Shown here: piece by piece, positions 55,358 to 60,616 of the stretch
How the letters are laid out: each line of letters opens with the position of its first letter
How positions within the stretch are numbered: the first letter of the stretch is position 1
Made by a program: the position numbers and the translations under genes
Source: Verrucomicrobiota bacterium
Lineage (GTDB): Bacteria; Verrucomicrobiota; Verrucomicrobiia; Limisphaerales; UBA11358
Direction of reading: 5' to 3'
Assembly: GCA_021324235.1 (NCBI GenBank)
Contig: JAJPJM010000157.1
Coordinates: 1-60,616 of the forward strand
Length of the DNA stretch: 60,616 bases
Notes under the pieces: generated by a model
Databases searched by the model: none
Told to the model about the DNA's origin: nothing
What the model saw: only the letters and a program-made list of their open reading frames with translations

Positions 55358-55862
55358 CGGGTGTGCCCGCTGCGCTCTTGTGTAGAATAAACTTACGGCA
55401 ATTCCCATTCGCCACGACCGGCGTGCAGCAATAATCCCAGGTCGCGCACGATTTGAAACGTTCGTTCAGGAGAAAAACCACAGGCGCACGGTCTGGAACA
55501 GGACGAACGCCAGTTGGGCCGCGGCCATCACAAATAGAATGGCCACACGAACTTCAAACCCATCCGGCACCAGCGCCGAACGATGGCACGGCGACCGGAT
55601 CTTCCACCGCCACCCGGCTCTCCGAGCCCGCCGGCGAAATTCCCATTCCCCGGCGGGCGTGGTGGCGACGAAAGCGTCGCGGTCTTCATGGGGAAACGCA
55701 ACGCGCCCGACACGACGAAATCAAATCGCTTTCAGGCAAACGTCAGACACCGCGCTCGGGTCGCGACGAATCCCGCACCGCGGAAGAAGACGAACGGTAT
55801 GAAACGGCAGGCTGGTCTTGACATAACCGGGCCGGCGGCAAAGCATCGTCACGTTTTCTCCG

Positions 55863-56282
55863 ATGAAAACGTGTGCTTGCTGCGGGAAAAAATACCCGGA
55901 CGACGCCGTAATTTGTGACGTTGATCGAACTCCGCTTGGTACCGGGATTTCAGAGTACAACGGTCCGGTCAGTTCCCAACCAGCCTCCAAACGGGCTGCG
56001 GTTTGCCCGGCTTGTGGCGCGTATGACTGTTACAAACCGGCGATTGAACTCAGGGGCTCCTTTAACGTGTTTGTTTTTCTGGCGGGCGGCCTGTTTGCCG
56101 TTCTCTTCCACAACGCCGGCCGGCCCAGGAGGGTTCAGTGCAACCAGTGCGGAGCACTTTTCAACATTCGCACCCGATCTGCCAGAGTTTCCCGGGTCAT
56201 TTTCTGGTTGCTGGTCGCACCCACGGTGATCAGCATTATTATCCTTCTGCTCCTCCTGTTGTGCACATTCTTTGCGCGTTGA
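55863..56282 (+). CDS. Zinc-ribbon membrane protein
   Basis: Several CxxC pairs and two TM segments. Confidence 0.6.
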   Translation: MKTCACCGKKYPDDAVICDVDRTPLGTGISEYNGPVSSQPASKRAAVCPACGAYDCYKPAIELRGSFNVFVFLAGGLFAVLFHNAGRPRRVQCNQCGALFNIRTRSARVSRVIFWLLVAPTVISIIILLLLLLCTFFAR

Positions 56283-56362
56283 TGGGCTCGCGGATGGGTG
56301 GGTGCTGGCTTTGGAATTGAAACCGGAACCCGCCTGGTCATGCCGGCCGGCGCGCCGTATAA

Positions 56363-57769
56363 TTAGGGCGGGGTTTCGACGCGGTAGAAGCGTTGTGGTT
56401 CGTCTCGTGTGACCGGGTCGGTAACCAGCAGCGCACTGCCCGTGGCGGGAGTGTTGGTGACGACCAGAGTGTTCCAGTTGTCCGCCGGCAGATTGCTGGT
56501 CCATTGCACGCGGTAAGCACCCAGCGGGAGCCCTGCAAAACCCAGGGTTACCTGCTGGCTGCCCAGTTGGATGTCGGTGAACGCGGGCGTGGCCAAGCCT
56601 TGCTTGATGGATTGCAGCAAGGGCTGACGTTGACCCGCCGGCAGGGTCACAAAATAGTCCTGGGCCAGTTCCCAGATCATCACTCCGCCCAGTCGTTGAT
56701 TTCGGGCATAACTGATTTTCGCCTGGCAGGTGTGTTGATCGTCGTAGGAAATAAACAGATCATTGGTCGGGACCACGTTGGTGATGCCGAGATAAGCCGC
56801 TTGAGCGTTGGTGTCCCAGTGATAAAGATTTGATTGGTAATAGCCGCTCATGATCGCCTGATAACTCTGCTGTGATGCGGTCGGTACATTGGTGGTGGGC
56901 CATGATTGGCGCGGCTGCCAGACGCCGCTGCCACCCGTCCAAACGTCCCCGTAGAAAGCCATGCCGATGCCGAGTTTGTCCGGAGCGACCCCGTTGCTCA
57001 GATAATTGCCCACCGCCCCGTCCACGGATGGGACCAGGGGACCGGAAGGTGGGAAGTGGTAACCGCCATCGAAAATGGGCGAATTGAACCAGGTCACCCA
57101 GCCGGGCCAGGGACCGGCCAGATCGTAAGTCATGATGTTCAACTGGTCGAATTGGTTTTGGATCGCCGCGAACATGGCGTACTGGGCCGTGGGCGAATCG
57201 CCGTAAGGCGGGTATGCCCCCACCGCCGCCGTCAGCAGTTTGGCCGGCGGAAAAGTATTCAAGGCGGCCCGCAGTGCGTTCACGAAATTCGTAAACTGTG
57301 GAATATCGGACGCGTAAAACGGTTCCCAGTCGATATCCACTCCGTCATAGCCGCGGCTGGCCATGAAGTTCGTCAGATTGTTGATGAACCCGGGGAGGTT
57401 GGTGCTGCTGGTGGCGCCGAGGAAACCGGGTTCACTGCCCGCGCTGGTGGCCGCGCCCCCGACCGAAATGAGCACCGGCCGGCCGGCGGCATGCGCCCGG
57501 GAAACGAGGTCGGCGGAATTGGCAACAGTGACGCCATTGCCGGTGGCATCCAGCGAACCATCGGGATTGACCGTGAGCACGGCGTGAATGACCAGCGTCA
57601 CGACGGTGAAATCGATATTGGAAGCCGGCATGCCCGACTGTTCCCATCCGGGGTAATAGCCGGTGACCCAGAGATCGGCCCGGGCGGGGAGGCAAAACGC
57701 GGATAAAATGCCAATCAGAACCATCGGCCACAGTCTCGCGGGCAGGGGTGGAGGCCGCTTTACTTTCAT
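56363..57769 (-). CDS. Secreted GH18 chitinase-like glycoside hydrolase
   Basis: GYYPGW, ISVGG, DGVDIDWE (DxxDxDxE), MTYD, GGVMIWEL; TTGACA-N17-TAATTT upstream. Confidence 0.93.
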   Translation of the reverse strand: MKVKRPPPLPARLWPMVLIGILSAFCLPARADLWVTGYYPGWEQSGMPASNIDFTVVTLVIHAVLTVNPDGSLDATGNGVTVANSADLVSRAHAAGRPVLISVGGAATSAGSEPGFLGATSSTNLPGFINNLTNFMASRGYDGVDIDWEPFYASDIPQFTNFVNALRAALNTFPPAKLLTAAVGAYPPYGDSPTAQYAMFAAIQNQFDQLNIMTYDLAGPWPGWVTWFNSPIFDGGYHFPPSGPLVPSVDGAVGNYLSNGVAPDKLGIGMAFYGDVWTGGSGVWQPRQSWPTTNVPTASQQSYQAIMSGYYQSNLYHWDTNAQAAYLGITNVVPTNDLFISYDDQHTCQAKISYARNQRLGGVMIWELAQDYFVTLPAGQRQPLLQSIKQGLATPAFTDIQLGSQQVTLGFAGLPLGAYRVQWTSNLPADNWNTLVVTNTPATGSALLVTDPVTRDEPQRFYRVETPP

Positions 57770-57947
57770 CGCTAATCTGAAATTACGTGGCCGGCCGGAG
57801 CGTGTCAAATTCCGCTTTGGCAGATGAAAGTTCTGCCGGAACCCACAGAAGCAAACGAAGAGAACGAAGCATCTTGAAAGGTAGGGCTGGCCACTCGGGC
57901 AATTCGGCGGCACGACATTTTCCAGCGGGCTTGGGATACCCGGTGAT

Positions 57948-59660
57948 TCAAGGAGAAACATTTCCCTGCCAAACCGCCGTCTCAAACGCGCCGAGGTCGG
58001 GCGCGGAACCGTTGAACGGACTGCCCAGAGCCACTCCCTGGTCCACCAGCCGCCCCGCGGGCACCGGGCGCAGGAACGGGGTTTCCGGCAGGCTCCCATC
58101 GTCACGGCGCGGAGCCATCGCCCATGTATAATCAGTGCTGAGAAAGTCGTTGGTGTTCACGTCCGGCAGCACCTGCCAGGTGTTGGCCATCTGAATGGCG
58201 GGATGGTTGGTCGTGCCGCCGATGGCGACGGAACCGATGGCGACGTTGTTGCGCACGACATGGCTGCTTTGGAGCGCTCCATATTGGGAACCGAGGTGGT
58301 CCAGATTGATGGCGCCGCTGCCGTTGTTCCAGGCGGTGTTTTGATCCACCGTCTGGCCGGCGGCGTTGTTGTTTTGGTCAACCCCCCACGCCGAGTTGCC
58401 GAAGGTCAGGCAATTCACCAGCCGATGCGGCGTCGCCGTGCCGTTGCCGCCGAGTTTGAATCCGTTGCCATTGCCGTTGAACTGCGTGTTGTTCGGGTCC
58501 CAGACATTGGTGGCCGCGCGAAACGCCCAGCAGTTGGTGATGAGCACCGGCTGCGTGCCCATCCACAAATCCCAGTTGTCGTCGGAGTTTTCCCAGGCCC
58601 GGCAGCCGCTGAACACGTTGCCGGGCCCCAGGCTCCATTTTGCGGTAAAACCGTCGGCGTTGCCGCCGACCGGTGGATCGTAACTGCGGATGGAGTCACA
58701 GTTCAGAAAGAGGTTGCTGCTGGGCGTCGCGGTGCCGCCGTTCCCGCCGGTGATGTGGAACCCGGTGTTGCGGGCGCCCAGGCTGACACAAAGTTCGACA
58801 ATATTGTTGCTGCCGGAAATCACGATGGAATTGTGGCCGGCATTGGTCATGACCAGGCCGTAAAGCTGATAGCCGTTGCCGCTGATGGAAATGCCGTCCG
58901 TTCCGGTGCCTTCGCCGGAACAATCCAGCACCGGTTTTTCACCGGGATAAGCCCGGATGCGAATGGGTTGGCTGGCGGTGCCGATCTTCGTCAACGAAAC
59001 CTTCGAAGCCACGGCATAAGTTCCACCCCGCAGGTACACCAGGTTGCCGGGGACCGCCAGGCCCGCCGCCTTGCCCAACGTGGCCAGGGGCTGGGCGATA
59101 TTGGTGCCCGCATTGCTGTCGCTGCCGTTGGTGGCCACATAATACGTCGCCGCCTCCGCGCCGCCTTCGATCAATCGCACCGACGGCCGGACAAACCAGA
59201 CGTTGGTTCCCGGCAATGGAGTGCTGAACCATTCCCGGATGGAACCGGACGGGTCGGAAGGCAGGGAATTGGTCGTTGTCCGCAGCCACCACGGACGAAA
59301 CCAATTGGTCAGGTCGGCGGACAGATACAGATCAATCTGTGCGCCGGGCTGATGTCCTTCCCGCTCCAGAATTTCCACGGCGAACGTGGCATTCGTCCCG
59401 CCCGTTCCCCCGGAAACCGGCTGCACCGCGCCCGTGATGCCGCCGGGCACCCGCGGGTCGGTGCCGAAGGCGAACTCGACCAGATTCAAATCCCCGTCCT
59501 GGTCGGGGTCGCTGAGTGGACCGCTCTGCGCCGGAATATCGCTGAAGTGGGCGGCCGCCCAGTTGGTGTAATATTGAACGCCGTTAAGGGGTAATTGCGT
59601 CAGTGCCAGTGCGCCAAGGACCAGACTGCACGCGGGAAAGCGGATACGAATTGCCTTCAT
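57948..59660 (-). CDS. Secreted PL9 (PelL-like) polysaccharide lyase
   Basis: YYVATNGSD, YLRGGTY, NADGFTAK, GCRAWENSDD, GNGNGFKLGG, PDLGAFE. Confidence 0.88.
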   Translation of the reverse strand: MKAIRIRFPACSLVLGALALTQLPLNGVQYYTNWAAAHFSDIPAQSGPLSDPDQDGDLNLVEFAFGTDPRVPGGITGAVQPVSGGTGGTNATFAVEILEREGHQPGAQIDLYLSADLTNWFRPWWLRTTTNSLPSDPSGSIREWFSTPLPGTNVWFVRPSVRLIEGGAEAATYYVATNGSDSNAGTNIAQPLATLGKAAGLAVPGNLVYLRGGTYAVASKVSLTKIGTASQPIRIRAYPGEKPVLDCSGEGTGTDGISISGNGYQLYGLVMTNAGHNSIVISGSNNIVELCVSLGARNTGFHITGGNGGTATPSSNLFLNCDSIRSYDPPVGGNADGFTAKWSLGPGNVFSGCRAWENSDDNWDLWMGTQPVLITNCWAFRAATNVWDPNNTQFNGNGNGFKLGGNGTATPHRLVNCLTFGNSAWGVDQNNNAAGQTVDQNTAWNNGSGAINLDHLGSQYGALQSSHVVRNNVAIGSVAIGGTTNHPAIQMANTWQVLPDVNTNDFLSTDYTWAMAPRRDDGSLPETPFLRPVPAGRLVDQGVALGSPFNGSAPDLGAFETAVWQGNVSP

Positions 59661-59799
59661 GAGATGATTCAGTCTCGCACATTGCCCGCTTCCGTTCAAG
59701 GATTTACACCGTCCCGGAAGATTTGCAACGGCCACACCCGCCGCCGCTACCGCGTTAAGCACGGCCAATCCCGGAAGGTGCCGTCCACTCCCGCAGAAA

Positions 59800-60615
59800 T
59801 CATTTCAGTCCCAGCCACAGCAGAATCACCAAATCGATCGCAAAGAAAATCACGATGATGATTTCCAGCCATAACATCCTTTGCTCGTTCAATTCGGTGT
59901 GAACGACGCTGTACAGCTTGTCGAGTTGGGCGAGGCGTTGCTCCACGCTGGCGCGCCATTGGTCGAGATAAAAGCGGTCGCGCGCACCGAGATAAACACG
60001 GGCCAGATGCCAGTCGCCGAAAAATTTCGTGATGTGCGTGATCTCGTCGGTGAGTTTCGCCACGTCCACGCGGAACCGGCGCAAATGGCGCAACACCTTG
60101 TTCGCCCGGCCGAACAGCGGCATGGACCGCCGTTCCACGTCCTCATAAGCGTGGTCGAGATAGGTGTCGAGCCGGCGATCCATCACGCGGAATTCCTCCA
60201 GTTGCAGGTTCGCCAGTTCCAGCGCATACAACACGTCGTCCACGTAGCCCGTCAAATCCACCACCAGCGCCGCGTCCCAGTCAATCACCGCCAGGTCCGT
60301 GTTCTCGAACGAACGCTGGATGCGCAGCACCTCAGACACCTGCGCCTCGCTCAATTGCGCCGCCGCCGTTTCCGTGAGCAGACCCGCCACCTCGCGCCGT
60401 TGCGCTTCGAGCCAGCGGTTCACATCCTTCACGCCCGCCAGGTCGGTCAGGCAGAACACCGTGTAAGCCTCCGGCGGCGGCGGAAACTCCGTGCGCGCCA
60501 CCAGCAAATCCCGGAGGCTGTCGCAGACCTCCGCGCACAGTTTCAACGCCATCGTGTCCAGCGTCAGCCCGTTCTCCAGTTTCGGATTGTGGAACGGCAT
60601 CAGGCCCGCCACCGC
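59800..60615 (-). CDS. RMD1/DUF155-like membrane-anchored protein, 5'-truncated at window edge
   Basis: VIDWDAA, LELANLQL, DWHLARVY, C-terminal LEIIIVIFFAIDL TM; frame open to the window end. Confidence 0.65.
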   Translation of the reverse strand, partial: AVAGLMPFHNPKLENGLTLDTMALKLCAEVCDSLRDLLVARTEFPPPPEAYTVFCLTDLAGVKDVNRWLEAQRREVAGLLTETAAAQLSEAQVSEVLRIQRSFENTDLAVIDWDAALVVDLTGYVDDVLYALELANLQLEEFRVMDRRLDTYLDHAYEDVERRSMPLFGRANKVLRHLRRFRVDVAKLTDEITHITKFFGDWHLARVYLGARDRFYLDQWRASVEQRLAQLDKLYSVVHTELNEQRMLWLEIIIVIFFAIDLVILLWLGLK

Positions 60616-60616
60616 A

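Noticed and set aside
55466-55689. Possible frameshifted small membrane protein on the minus strand (MKTATLSS... / ...VAILFVMAAAQLAFVLFQTVRLWFFS)
   Set aside because: Needs an assumed 1-bp indel and has no recognisable homology.
1-60616. CRISPR array, rRNA, full-length transposase
   Set aside because: No regularly spaced repeats, rRNA-like sequence or transposase motifs seen.

Overview
GC-rich bacterial chromosomal segment. Gene content and protein styles (PEP-CTERM protein, many secreted proteins with a shared C-terminal beta domain, BBP2-like porin) suggest Verrucomicrobiota, probably Pedosphaerales; this is inference, not a database result. The window holds about 55 CDS, one tRNA-Ile2(CAT), housekeeping genes (metF, DAHP synthase, rsmD, obgE, rpmA, rplU), an MMPL + Mla/MCE lipid-transport locus and a frameshifted porin. 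No CRISPR, prophage or full IS was seen. Best candidates for undescribed biology: (1) a 13-kb locus (15845-28751) resembling the Ralstonia phcB-phcS-phcR fatty-acid-methyl-ester quorum-sensing operon, extended with two FadL-type outer-membrane lipid channels, an HxxxDG acyltransferase that shares a 33-bp upstream element with the methyltransferase, and a secreted GDSL/SGNH protein lacking its catalytic residues; (2) a phage-free cassette of three tail-collar proteins, two DUF6916-like proteins (one with a Tat signal), a GNAT and a large surface beta-helix protein (32401-38011); (3) a recurrent ~70-aa terminal domain ending F[FY]R[LV] on unrelated secreted proteins, a possible lineage-specific sorting signal. 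All family assignments come from motif recognition by eye; no searches were run.
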